From: Ktedonobacterales bacterium
GTDB taxonomy: Bacteria; Chloroflexota; Ktedonobacteria; Ktedonobacterales; JADMIN01
Reading direction: 5' to 3'
Assembly (NCBI GenBank): GCA_030167145.1
Contig: CP126532.1
Span: 3,480,001-3,512,000, forward strand
Length of the DNA stretch: 32,000 nt
Part shown: in pieces, positions 1 through 8,428 of the stretch
How the letters are laid out: the number at the start of each line of letters is the position of its first letter
Position numbering within the stretch: position 1 is the first letter of the stretch
Notes under the pieces: model-generated
Databases searched by the model: none
The model's input: the letters and a program-made list of their open reading frames with translations, nothing else
What the model was told of the DNA's origin: nothing
Translations under genes and position numbers: made by a program

Positions 1-708
1 CCGAATGCGCCAGAAATGGACCGCCATCAGGATTGCGCCCACCAGCGGCAGCGCGATCACATGCAGCGTATAGAAGCGAATGAGCGTCGGCTGGCCCACA
101 CCCACCGACTGACCGGCGAGCGCGTTGTGCGCCTGCACGCCGAGCAGCGGCGCGTAACTGGCCATGTTCGAGCCAACGGTGATAGCCCAGTAGCCAATCT
201 GGTCCCACGGCAGCAGGTAGCCCGTGAAGCTGAGCAGCAGCGTGGTCAGGAAGAGCACCACCCCCACAACCCAGTTGAACTCGCGCGGCGGCTTATACGC
301 GCCATGGTAGAAGACGCGAATCATGTGCAGCGTGACGGTGACGACCATCAAGTGCGCGGCCCAGCGGTGCATGTTACGCACCAGATTGCCGAATGCCACC
401 GCGCTCTTGATCTGCTCGATGTCGGTGTAGGCGACCCGCTGCTCCGGCACAAAGTAGAACATCAGGAACACGCCGGTAATCGTCAACACCAGAAAGAGGA
501 AGAAGGACATACCACCCAGGCACCACGTATAGGTGATTTTCATCGCCTTTCGGCTCACCTTGACCGGATGCAGGTGCAGGAAAACATTCCCCATCATCAC
601 CAGCGATTGGTTGAGCGGGGTGTCAGGATAGCCGTGCCGGAAAATAGACCGCCAGATCTGGCTCTGCGTAATTGCCGCCGATGCCTTATCCAGCAGCCCC
701 CGATTCAT
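1..708 (-). CDS. Cytochrome b, b6-type heme-binding subunit of a quinol-oxidising bc/b6f-like complex (partial; 3' end beyond left window edge)
   Basis: Absent from the ORF track because it has no stop in the window. My reverse-strand translation from ATG 708 gives MNRGLLDKASAAITQSQIWRSIFRHGYP...FLHLHPVKV...RNMHRWAAHLMVVTVTLHMIRVFYHGAYKPPREFNWVVGVVLFLTTLLLSFTGYLLPWDQIGYWAITVG...IRFYTLHVIALPLVGAILMAVHFWRIR. Helix-B His pair has 13 intervening residues; helix-D His pair has 14 (b6/Bacillus-type spacing). PWDQIGYWA motif present. GGAGG at 722-726 lies 13 nt upstream; an in-frame GTG at 717 is an alternative start. The + ORF 16..750 is its antisense shadow. Confidence 0.9.
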   Translation of the reverse strand, partial: MNRGLLDKASAAITQSQIWRSIFRHGYPDTPLNQSLVMMGNVFLHLHPVKVSRKAMKITYTWCLGGMSFFLFLVLTITGVFLMFYFVPEQRVAYTDIEQIKSAVAFGNLVRNMHRWAAHLMVVTVTLHMIRVFYHGAYKPPREFNWVVGVVLFLTTLLLSFTGYLLPWDQIGYWAITVGSNMASYAPLLGVQAHNALAGQSVGVGQPTLIRFYTLHVIALPLVGAILMAVHFWRIR

Positions 709-1044
709 CGTGCTCACACTGCCTCCTCGGGGATGGCCGCGCGCCGATGATGCGCGGCTGCAAAGTTGCGGAAAATCACCGAAAGTCGCTATAAAAGCAT
801 GCCGAAACGTTCAACGCTAAGAGGGGCACATACACGGCGCCTCTGTTGAGAGCATAGCCAGACAAGTATAACAGAACAACGATATAGGCGCAATTGCCCA
901 GGTTGTCTGGCGGGCGCTCAGGGAGGCGTCGCGGTGTGGATCCGTGGACGGAACGCGCGGTATTGAGGAGAGCGCGCAACATCCGTGGCCAGATAGCGCC
1001 AACTCTATCAGATCAAGTGTACCGCAGAGTGTGGGCCACTCCTA

Positions 1045-1065
1045 TCAGGTGTACACCTGATTTTT
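1045..1065 (+). other. Perfect 16-bp palindrome TCAGGTGTACACCTGA followed by TTTTT (terminator-like on + strand, or operator)
   Basis: Read directly: 1045-1060 is self-complementary and 1061-1065 is T5. It lies in the 377-bp lower-GC spacer between two minus-strand genes, so no annotated plus-strand gene explains a plus-strand terminator. Confidence 0.3.
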
Positions 1066-1085
1066 CATATGCGCCGCACGCTCGC

Positions 1086-1355
1086 TCATCCGCCGTGCCC
1101 ATTGTGCGCGTGAGTCTGTGATGCGCGATGCGCGCGAATGAGTGTGAAAAGTTGATCGAGAACGGTTATTTCATCAAGCTCGGCATCTTCTTCGGGAGTG
1201 AGGGCGCTAGCTTCATTCTTCTCCATCAGCGCATGCACTCGTTCCTGTGCCTGCTCGGAGATGCGGAAATTGGCAATGTCCTCCGCCGAAGGGCCGCGCG
1301 CCAGGAACTCCGCGACCTCTTCCGTCAGCGTGCGCCGGGGAAGCGTCTGACTCAT
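1086..1355 (-). CDS. Small hypothetical protein (89 aa), helical, acidic
   Basis: ORF 1086..1412 trimmed to internal ATG 1355 (MSQTLPRRTLTEEVAEFLARGPSAEDIANFRISEQAQERVHALMEKNEASALTPEEDAELDEITVLDQLFTLIRAH...). GC3-biased codons. No domain recognised; the pattern loosely resembles small antitoxin-like proteins, but no partner toxin gene is adjacent. Confidence 0.55.
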   Translation of the reverse strand: MSQTLPRRTLTEEVAEFLARGPSAEDIANFRISEQAQERVHALMEKNEASALTPEEDAELDEITVLDQLFTLIRAHRASQTHAHNGHGG

Positions 1356-1665
1356 GCGTGAGCCGCCATTCGTTTTCTCGTGAACACATGGACTAGTCGG
1401 ATTGCCAGCCATGCGAGCGATGCCGCCACGTCACGATGTGTTCGCAGTATAGCACCTGCTAGCACCAGGCGAGGGAAAGACGATGCTCCGTCGCACGCTC
1501 GCCGTCCGGGCGGTTTCGCTTGACGTGCCCGGATCAGTCTGCTACCGTGAGCGGGTAGGCGAACGGCGCACGTCATGGGTGTACGCGCCGCAAACAGCCG
1601 GAACCGCGGGTGCGCGGTTGATACGACGCGACATCACGCGGGACGGAAAGAGGACGGTAGTTCGT

Positions 1666-2841
1666 ATGCGGCAGGTACAATGCGCTCGGTGCGGTCAGAT
1701 GGCTCAGGTCGAGGAGAATGATACAGCGGCGCTCTGCCCTCGCTGCGGCGCGCCGCTGTTTGCCATGGCGCCCCAACAGCCTGTACCCGCCGCCGACAAC
1801 ACGCAACCCGGCCAGATCGCGGCCTATCCGCAGGTTCCCACGACATCCGCGACCAGCGGACAAATGCCCACACAGATGCCGCCCATGCCGCCAGGCATGA
1901 CCGCTCCTTATATACAGCCTATGCCGCAACCCGGCATGACAGGCGTGTATCCCGCTCCGTATGGCTACCCACCACAGATGGGCTATCCACCAGCACCGGC
2001 GCAGCCAGGGCAATATCCCTATCCCTACCCACCCGCGCAGTCAGGGCAGCATCCCTACCCAGCCTACCCGCCGCAATATCCCTACCCCTATCCCTACGGC
2101 TATCCGGCCCAGCCCGCCCCTGGCACGGTTCCGCTGCCTGGTATGGGCCAGCAGCCATTAGTGATCCAGCAGGCGACGGAGGTCGCGCGGAAGCGGCAGC
2201 GTAGGCGGCGCTGGCTGGTGATCGGCGGGGGGATATTGGCGGCTGTGCTGGTGTTGGGCGTCGTTGGCTTGGTGCTGAGCCAGATCAACGCCAACCACGG
2301 CGCAAGCGCCTCCACGGCGACACCGCTGCCCACCGTCCAGGCGCCTTCGGGCTTCAGCGTCTTCCGCGATCCAGACGGCATATTCGCGCTCGGCCTTCCC
2401 AGCGAGTGGGAGCAGGTGGCGTCGAAGTCCACTGATGTGAGCATGGCGCAGTTCGGCGCCAAATCGCAGAGTGCGACGCTCAGCATCCAGTATACCGACA
2501 ACTTTACCGCGACCGAACTGCAAAATAGCGAGGCGATGCTCACCTCGCTTCCTGGCAGCGTGCGTGATGGTGTGCTGAGCAACAAGAGCCAGCCATCGAA
2601 CGTCACGCTTGCGGGCGAGAGCTGGTCGCAGGTATCGGCGGACCTTCAATACAGTGGGGACTCAGGGCCAGTCACGATGCATGTCGTCGCGCTGACGGCG
2701 ACCCACAACGCCACCCTGAGCGCCAGTGACACGGTGCAATATCTCGTCAGCATCCTGTACATGGCCCCAGCCAGCACCTTCGACAGCCTCAACGCCAAGG
2801 ACTTCCAGCCCGCGCTCAACAGCTTCGTCTTCGAGAAATAG
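1666..2841 (+). CDS. Type-II membrane protein: N-terminal zinc ribbon, Pro/Tyr/Gln-rich low-complexity linker, single TM, extracytoplasmic beta-rich (PsbP/DUF1795-like?) domain
   Basis: ORF 1483..2841 trimmed to ATG 1666 (AAGAGGA upstream). CARC...CPRC zinc ribbon; about 130 aa of P/Q/Y/G repeats (YPYPYPYGYP); RKRQRRRRW then TM LVIGGGILAAVLVLGVVGLVL. C-terminal pattern GFSVFRDPDGIFALGLPSEWEQV is reminiscent of PsbP/Mog1-like folds (weak). Confidence 0.8.
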   Translation: MRQVQCARCGQMAQVEENDTAALCPRCGAPLFAMAPQQPVPAADNTQPGQIAAYPQVPTTSATSGQMPTQMPPMPPGMTAPYIQPMPQPGMTGVYPAPYGYPPQMGYPPAPAQPGQYPYPYPPAQSGQHPYPAYPPQYPYPYPYGYPAQPAPGTVPLPGMGQQPLVIQQATEVARKRQRRRRWLVIGGGILAAVLVLGVVGLVLSQINANHGASASTATPLPTVQAPSGFSVFRDPDGIFALGLPSEWEQVASKSTDVSMAQFGAKSQSATLSIQYTDNFTATELQNSEAMLTSLPGSVRDGVLSNKSQPSNVTLAGESWSQVSADLQYSGDSGPVTMHVVALTATHNATLSASDTVQYLVSILYMAPASTFDSLNAKDFQPALNSFVFEK

Positions 2842-2864
2842 CGCGGGTTCCCACCCACATCCAT

Positions 2865-2884
2865 GCCGCCGTCTCGACGGCGGC
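2865..2884. terminator. GC-rich hairpin between convergent genes (putative bidirectional terminator)
   Basis: GCCGCCGTC-TC-GACGGCGGC, 9-bp complementary arms, located in the 49-bp gap between stop 2841 (+) and stop 2891 (-). No U-tract. Confidence 0.45.
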
Positions 2885-2890
2885 GCGTGG

Positions 2891-4678
2891 CTATGTCTTC
2901 GCGCTCAGCCGCAGGATGTAGCAGTACGTCGTGCCGCCGCCGTTAATGGTTTCCACAATATGATGCTGCCAGTTGGGCGGTGTGGGGAACTCCCGCTGAA
3001 TCAAGTGCTCCGGCCAGATGACGTATTGCGCCTTCGGGATGGCATACGGCGTGCCGACGATCAGCTTCACCCGCTGTGGGAAGGCTTGCGGACGCGACTC
3101 CATCCAATAGTTCAGCGTGCCGTTGAGCGCCACCAGCGCCACCGTCACATTGCCGTGGGTGTGATCTACCACCCACTGGATCGCGTCGCCATACGCGGGA
3201 TAGGCCACTTGCAAGCTGCTGTTTTCGCCTGGGAGCCACTCGCTGGTATAGCCCTCCGCCTGTGAGATGGTCAGTAGGCCATAGGCTGGCGGCGCCGTCA
3301 CCAGCAGACAGATAACCATCACGAGCAACTGCACCCGCACACGCTTGCTGCGCAACGGACGCGGACGCCACGCCGTCGCCGCCAGCGCCACCCGCGCTAC
3401 ATTGCCAGCGGCGCCGGTGCGCACGCGCATCAGCCGTCGCCGCAGCAGCAACGAGAACCGCGTCAGTCGCCCCAGCGTCCACACACTGCCGCGCAGCAAC
3501 GCCCACGTGCCCACAAACGCCGCCGGTGGCGCGAGCGGCAGCATATAGTGCGTGCCGACGACGATGGTCAGCATCGAGAACGGAATCAGCAGCCCGCCAA
3601 ACCAGCAGAGCGCAAAGGCCGCGCGGTCATCTAGCGCCGAGGGTGCGCGCCCCGCGCCCCACACGCGATAGACCAGCCACGGCAGCGCCAGCAGCGCCGG
3701 ACCCGTGACGAACACACTGGTCTTCGCCAGCAGAATAAATAGCCCCTCGCCCATCGGCACGTGATCTACTACTTTGCCGTTCCAGAACGTGAGATGCCCG
3801 TTGCTGGCATGCCCCCACTGCCAGATGATGCTGCTCCACAGCCGGTCAATCGGACTCATCCAGATCGTCGGGTCCGCCACGTAAATCGTCAGCAGCAGCA
3901 CCGGCACGCTCCAGAGCAGCAGGCGCGACGGCTTGCGTTTCACCACGACGGCATAGTAATAGGTCAGATAGCCCGCCATCGGAATCAGCGCCAGCGCCGC
4001 CGTGTATTTCGACGCGAACGCCAGCCCTAACATCACCGCCACCAGCGGCCACAGGCGCGGACGCCGCGCGGCATGCCACGTCAGCAGCACCGCCAGCGTG
4101 ACGAACGAGAGCATATAGGTGTCGAGATAGGCCAGGGCGGCGAAATACGAGATCCACGGGCTGAGCGCCAGCGCCAGCACCCCCAGCGTCGCCGCGAGTT
4201 GTCCGAAGATCGGCTTGGCCAGATGATACGCCACCACCAGCATCAACGCGCTCACCAGCACGCCAGGGAGCCGCGCGCCGATCAGCCAGCCAGAAGATGG
4301 CGAGAGCGCCGCCCCCAGGGTTGCCCCCAGCCCAATGAAAAGCTTCGGTAGCGGCGGCGCTTCGATATTGGCCAGCCAGCTCTGGCTGGCGAAATGCCCG
4401 CTGGTCAGCAGGCCATAGTCGAGTTGGCCGACGGGAATATAGACGCCCTCATCGGTGACAAGGTCGAGGGAGCGAGCCAGCATCAGCCGGGGAGCCAGCG
4501 CCACCAGAAAAAGGCCGAGCGGCAGCGCCAGCGCAGTGACCCGCGCCCAGGTGAGCGGGCGCGGCGCCAGCGTCTCATCATTCGCGCGGACCCGCGATGG
4601 CGCGCTGAGCGGTGGCGCGGCCACAGTGGTGGCATGTCCGAGCAGCAGCGCCGTGCGAGCGCGATACCACAGATTCAC
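2891..4678 (-). CDS. Glycosyltransferase family 39 (PMT/ArnT-like GT-C membrane glycosyltransferase)
   Basis: 595-aa polytopic membrane protein, GTG start 4678 with GGGGGAGG upstream. First-loop motif LDLVTDEGVYIPVG (DE motif of PMT/GT-C enzymes), EAPPLPKLFIGLG, many TM helices, soluble C-terminal domain. Confidence 0.85.
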   Translation of the reverse strand: MNLWYRARTALLLGHATTVAAPPLSAPSRVRANDETLAPRPLTWARVTALALPLGLFLVALAPRLMLARSLDLVTDEGVYIPVGQLDYGLLTSGHFASQSWLANIEAPPLPKLFIGLGATLGAALSPSSGWLIGARLPGVLVSALMLVVAYHLAKPIFGQLAATLGVLALALSPWISYFAALAYLDTYMLSFVTLAVLLTWHAARRPRLWPLVAVMLGLAFASKYTAALALIPMAGYLTYYYAVVVKRKPSRLLLWSVPVLLLTIYVADPTIWMSPIDRLWSSIIWQWGHASNGHLTFWNGKVVDHVPMGEGLFILLAKTSVFVTGPALLALPWLVYRVWGAGRAPSALDDRAAFALCWFGGLLIPFSMLTIVVGTHYMLPLAPPAAFVGTWALLRGSVWTLGRLTRFSLLLRRRLMRVRTGAAGNVARVALAATAWRPRPLRSKRVRVQLLVMVICLLVTAPPAYGLLTISQAEGYTSEWLPGENSSLQVAYPAYGDAIQWVVDHTHGNVTVALVALNGTLNYWMESRPQAFPQRVKLIVGTPYAIPKAQYVIWPEHLIQREFPTPPNWQHHIVETINGGGTTYCYILRLSAKT

Positions 4679-4708
4679 CCTGAGCCTCCCCCACTTGTAT
4701 CCCGGCGT

Positions 4709-5920
4709 TTACGCGCCGAGAGCGATTGCCCCCTCATGCGCCAGCGTGGCGATCTCATCGCTGGTATAGCCAGCGGCGGCCAGAGCCTCGCGCGTCTGCG
4801 CGCCAAGGGGCGGCAGTCCCAGGCGGGTCGCGAACGGCGCATCGCTGATCAGCGGCGTGGTGCGTAGCGCGCCGCCCGTGCCTACCGCGCCGCCGTACTC
4901 AGCCTCCGCGGCGACCCCCTGGAAGCGCAACTGCGGATCCGCCAGCGCCTCAGCCAGCGTATTCACTGGCCCCAGGCACACATCGGCGTCGCCCAGCGCC
5001 GCCACCCACTCATCGCGCGTGCGCGTTCGAAAGATGGCGGCCAGTTCGTCCTTCGTCTGCTGGCGGTCTGCGTCATCACGCGGGTACTGGCGCTCGATCA
5101 GGTCAGGCCGCTCGATGCGCTGGCAGAACTCCGCCCAAAACTTCGGCTCCAGCGCCGCCAGCGTCACGTACCGGCCATCGCGAGTCGCATAGACATTGTA
5201 CCCAGGAAGCGCACCAGCGAGCCATCCCTCCCCTGGCGCAGGCTCGCGTCCGTTCTGGTGCAGCGCCACCGTCGCCAGCCACGGCAGCAGCGCCAGCGCG
5301 CCATCGGTCATCGAAACATCCACGATCCGCCCCTCGCCCGTCGTCGCTCGCCCCACCAGCGCCGCCAGAATGCCCGCGACGGCCATCAGCGCGCCACCCG
5401 CGATGTCAGCAAACTGCGCGCCAGGTAGCGTCGGCGACTGTCCAGGGCTGGTCAGATGCGCCAGCAGGCCCGCATAGCCGATGTAATTCAGGTCATGACC
5501 TACACGCTGGCTGTAGGGACCGTCCTGCCCATAGCCAGAGATCGCGCAGACCGTCAGCCGGGGATTGCGCTCGCGCAGCGTCTCGTGCGCCAGCGCCAGC
5601 CGCGCCATCACCCCCGGCCGAAAGCTCTCGATCAGCACGTCCGCGCCATCCACCAGCCGCAGCAGCGCCTCGCGCCCCGCCGGGTGCTTCAGATTCAGCG
5701 CCGCGCTGCGCTTATTGCGATTCACCGCCACGAACGACTCGCCCACCCCACCGATGAAGGGCGGCATCGTGCGCGCATAATCGCCCGCCCCTGGCTCTTC
5801 GATCTTCAGCACGTCCGCGCCCAGGTCGGCCAGCATCTGCGTGGCGTAGCCCCCCGGCAGCAGCCGTGTGAGATCCAGCACGCGCACACCTGCGAGCGGC
5901 AGCGGAAGAGGAGTTGGCAT
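4709..5920 (-). CDS. Family III CoA-transferase (CaiB/BaiF / alpha-methylacyl-CoA racemase-like)
   Basis: ORF 4709..6067 trimmed to ATG 5920 (MPTPLPLPLAGVRVLDLTRLLPGGYATQMLADLGADVLKIEEPGAGDYAR...). Typical N-terminal Rossmann signature of the CaiB/BaiF family, and the characteristic GHDLNY segment. Confidence 0.88.
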   Translation of the reverse strand: MPTPLPLPLAGVRVLDLTRLLPGGYATQMLADLGADVLKIEEPGAGDYARTMPPFIGGVGESFVAVNRNKRSAALNLKHPAGREALLRLVDGADVLIESFRPGVMARLALAHETLRERNPRLTVCAISGYGQDGPYSQRVGHDLNYIGYAGLLAHLTSPGQSPTLPGAQFADIAGGALMAVAGILAALVGRATTGEGRIVDVSMTDGALALLPWLATVALHQNGREPAPGEGWLAGALPGYNVYATRDGRYVTLAALEPKFWAEFCQRIERPDLIERQYPRDDADRQQTKDELAAIFRTRTRDEWVAALGDADVCLGPVNTLAEALADPQLRFQGVAAEAEYGGAVGTGGALRTTPLISDAPFATRLGLPPLGAQTREALAAAGYTSDEIATLAHEGAIALGA

Positions 5921-6169
5921 TGCGGGAGGCCCTTTCAACCGGAGGAGAGCGCCCATCCACCAGCATCTTCGCCTGCGCGAACAGCCGCATGGCGTGCGAG
6001 GAGACCGGCACAACGCGGGAACGAACGAGGTTGCTGGCAGTCCCCAAAGGCAGTCCCCGCGACGCATAGGCAGGGGCGCGCGGGCGAACCGTCACGTGTT
6101 CCACGGGTGCTATGGAGTACACAGCACATGCGCACGATAGGACAAAGCGGCGGCGGTGTCAAGAGCCTC

Positions 6170-7264
6170 TCATGCGCGCACGGCGCTGAGGCACAGCATC
6201 GGAATCGTCATCCGCAGTTCGCCGCCATCGGCATCTATACGCGCCTGCAAGCGTCGCTCCACCTCGTTGAACACAATGCGGCGTATCGTGAGATCGGGGA
6301 TGATCGCCCGGAAGCTCGCCAGATAGGTCGTCTGGATCAGTGGCGAGCGCAGAAACGCCTGCGGACTGGGAAACCGCAGCGTGAAGCTATCCGTCACCGT
6401 GCGCTGGGCGACGAAGCCCGCGCGCTCGACCAACTTGCGCGTCTCCTCGATGGTCAGCCGCTCGGCGACAAGCTGTGCGAAGCCGCGCATGTAATCGTCC
6501 AGGCGCAGATCGCGCAGCGTCAGATAGTACGTGTCCAGGAACTCGCGCAGCGCCGATTGCAACGGGATCGTCAGCAGCAATTGCCCCTGTGGCCGCAGCA
6601 GCCGCCACATCGCCCCCAGCGCGCCGATGCGGTCGGGGAAGCTTGTCAGCCCCAGATTGCAGGTGATCGTGTCGAACGAGCGTTCGGGCAACTCGTGGCG
6701 CATGATATCCGCGACCAGGAAGCTGACGTTGCGCAGCCATTCATCGCTGGCTTTGCGCTTGGCAAGCTGGATCGCCTCATCCCACACATCAATTCCCGCC
6801 AGATCGCAATCCTGCCCCAGATAGCGCGCTAGTTCCAGCGTCGGGTAGCCCGTGCCGCAGGCGACATCCAGCACCTGCCAGCCCGCCTCGCGTGGCAGCG
6901 TCAGAAACGCGCTGAGCAGCAGCCGCCCAAACGGCAACGACCACTGTGGCACGATCACCGCGTCGTAGAGTTCGACGAAGCCGGGGTCGTGCAGATCATA
7001 GGTGATGGCAAGATAATCTTCGGTATCCGCCCGCGCGCTCACCGCCAGCCCCGCCGCGCTGAGCGCGCCCGCCGGGTCGTCTTGCGGATGGCCGGTGGGC
7101 ACGGGCAGGTCAATCAGCGCATCGCGGCCCAGTGTCAGATCGCGCAGCGCAGGCATGCGCCCTGTGTATCCGCGCCGTGCGCGCGACGGATCCCAATCGT
7201 CCAGGTCGTCGTTGCCCGCGCCGAGTGAGCCGTATGGCGGCAGCCCCCCATTCCGCTGCGACAT
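6170..7264 (-). CDS. Class I SAM-dependent methyltransferase with about 110-aa N-terminal extension
   Basis: Motif I VLDVACGTGYPTLELA, post-I DLAGIDVWDEAI, RLLRPQGQLLL. ATG 7264 preceded by GAGGGGGGAG. Confidence 0.85.
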   Translation of the reverse strand: MSQRNGGLPPYGSLGAGNDDLDDWDPSRARRGYTGRMPALRDLTLGRDALIDLPVPTGHPQDDPAGALSAAGLAVSARADTEDYLAITYDLHDPGFVELYDAVIVPQWSLPFGRLLLSAFLTLPREAGWQVLDVACGTGYPTLELARYLGQDCDLAGIDVWDEAIQLAKRKASDEWLRNVSFLVADIMRHELPERSFDTITCNLGLTSFPDRIGALGAMWRLLRPQGQLLLTIPLQSALREFLDTYYLTLRDLRLDDYMRGFAQLVAERLTIEETRKLVERAGFVAQRTVTDSFTLRFPSPQAFLRSPLIQTTYLASFRAIIPDLTIRRIVFNEVERRLQARIDADGGELRMTIPMLCLSAVRA

Positions 7265-7321
7265 GCTCCCCCCTCGCTGCGTTTCCCATCGTCGTCCACG
7301 CCCCGCCGCGCCCCAGCGCTG

Positions 7322-8428
7322 CTACTTCGTTGGCGACGGTGCCGCCGTGCCCGTGCCGCTCGGTGTGCCCGTGCCTTTCGGCATGGGTGAGGTCTTGGGC
7401 GTTGGCGTGGGCGTGCCCGTCAGCACCGCGAAATTGATCGTCGCCCCCAGCGCCGGATCGTTGGCGGGCGCATCCGAACCGTTCGGCACTTGATCGTCCA
7501 GATACACTTTCGCGGTGTACCCGCCCACCTGCGGAATCGTCAACTGGAACGCGACCACTTTATCCACATCAATGCTATACGTCGTTGCCGAAGGATTATC
7601 CAGCGGAAGGAATGTCCCATTCAGATACCAGCGCACCGAGACCTGATGCTTCTCGTTGCGGGGTATGCCTGTCACGGTGGCGATCACATAGACTGTGTTG
7701 CCGGTGACGAAGTACGAGGACGGCGTGATCGCCACGCCATGCACATCCACGCCCTGCGCCGTCACCACCTTCGTCACGTGGTTGCTCTGCGGGCCAGGCG
7801 TCGCGACCGGCGTCACCGGAATATTTGCCGTGTTGAACGTCACCGGCGTAATCTTCTTCGCCACAGGCCCCTGGAAGAAACCCGCCAGCGAATTCTTACC
7901 AAGCAGTCCGAGCAGACCACAACTCGCCAGGCAGATGACCATTACGCTCAGCACCCCGCTCAGCACGCGCCACGTGCCCAGCTTGCGTTTGCGCTTCTCA
8001 CTGGTGGCGGGCACATACACCGGGCGGCGAATGCCCAGGGCGCGCTCTTCTGCTTCAGTCGTGGGGTAGCCGGGAATCGCCAGCGCCGACGCGGGATCCT
8101 GCGCCATCAGCGGCATGCCCTGCTGCACCGGCACGACAGCGCGCTCTAGATCCACTTCATCATAGGCGGGCTGGCGCCTGCGGTTGCGATTACTCGACCG
8201 CGCGGGCGGTTCGTCGTAATACTCCTCGTCCTCGCCCCATCCCGCGCCGGAGCCGCCGCGTCGCTGCCATCCCGCGCCGGAGCCACCCCGCCCCGCCGCC
8301 GGTCGCTGGCCCGTCTGCGATGAATCTTTCCACTGGCGCAACGAGGAGAATGTGCCAGGAGCGGGCGCTCCACACTCAGGACACGGCCCCGCCTTCGGGC
8401 GGCGAGCGCCACACCGGTCACATTCCAT
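7322..8428 (-). CDS. Type-II membrane protein: N-terminal zinc ribbon, Arg/Gly-rich disordered region, single TM, beta-sandwich-like ectodomain, Pro/Thr-rich C-terminal tail
   Basis: ORF 7322..8632 trimmed to ATG 8428 (GGAGGA upstream). MECDRCGARRPKAGPCPECGAP zinc ribbon; KRKRKLGTW then TM RVLSGVLSVMVICLASCGLLGLLG; C-terminus LTGTPTPTPKTSPMPKGTGTPSGTGTAAPSPTK. Confidence 0.8.
   Translation of the reverse strand: MECDRCGARRPKAGPCPECGAPAPGTFSSLRQWKDSSQTGQRPAAGRGGSGAGWQRRGGSGAGWGEDEEYYDEPPARSSNRNRRRQPAYDEVDLERAVVPVQQGMPLMAQDPASALAIPGYPTTEAEERALGIRRPVYVPATSEKRKRKLGTWRVLSGVLSVMVICLASCGLLGLLGKNSLAGFFQGPVAKKITPVTFNTANIPVTPVATPGPQSNHVTKVVTAQGVDVHGVAITPSSYFVTGNTVYVIATVTGIPRNEKHQVSVRWYLNGTFLPLDNPSATTYSIDVDKVVAFQLTIPQVGGYTAKVYLDDQVPNGSDAPANDPALGATINFAVLTGTPTPTPKTSPMPKGTGTPSGTGTAAPSPTK

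Noticed and set aside
16-750. 244-aa plus-strand ORF at the left edge
   Set aside because: It is antisense to a clearly recognisable cytochrome b reading frame. The translation is Arg/His/Gln-rich with no domain signature, as expected for a GC-rich shadow frame.
820-1066. TPP riboswitch or RNase P RNA resemblance (GGGGCAC...TGAGAG...ACCTGAT; GAAAGTCG; ACAGAAC)
   Set aside because: The matches are isolated short words in the wrong order and spacing. The conserved cores (CUGAGA + ACCUGAUCUGGAUAAUGCCAGCG for TPP; GAGGAAAGUCCGGGC for RNase P) are absent, and no suitable downstream gene exists on the plus strand.
5456-6832. 458-aa plus-strand ORF spanning two genes
   Set aside because: It runs antisense across the CoA-transferase and methyltransferase genes and the spacer between them. 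Composition is Arg/Ala/Gln/His-rich and no motif is present; the opposite strand carries strong family signatures.
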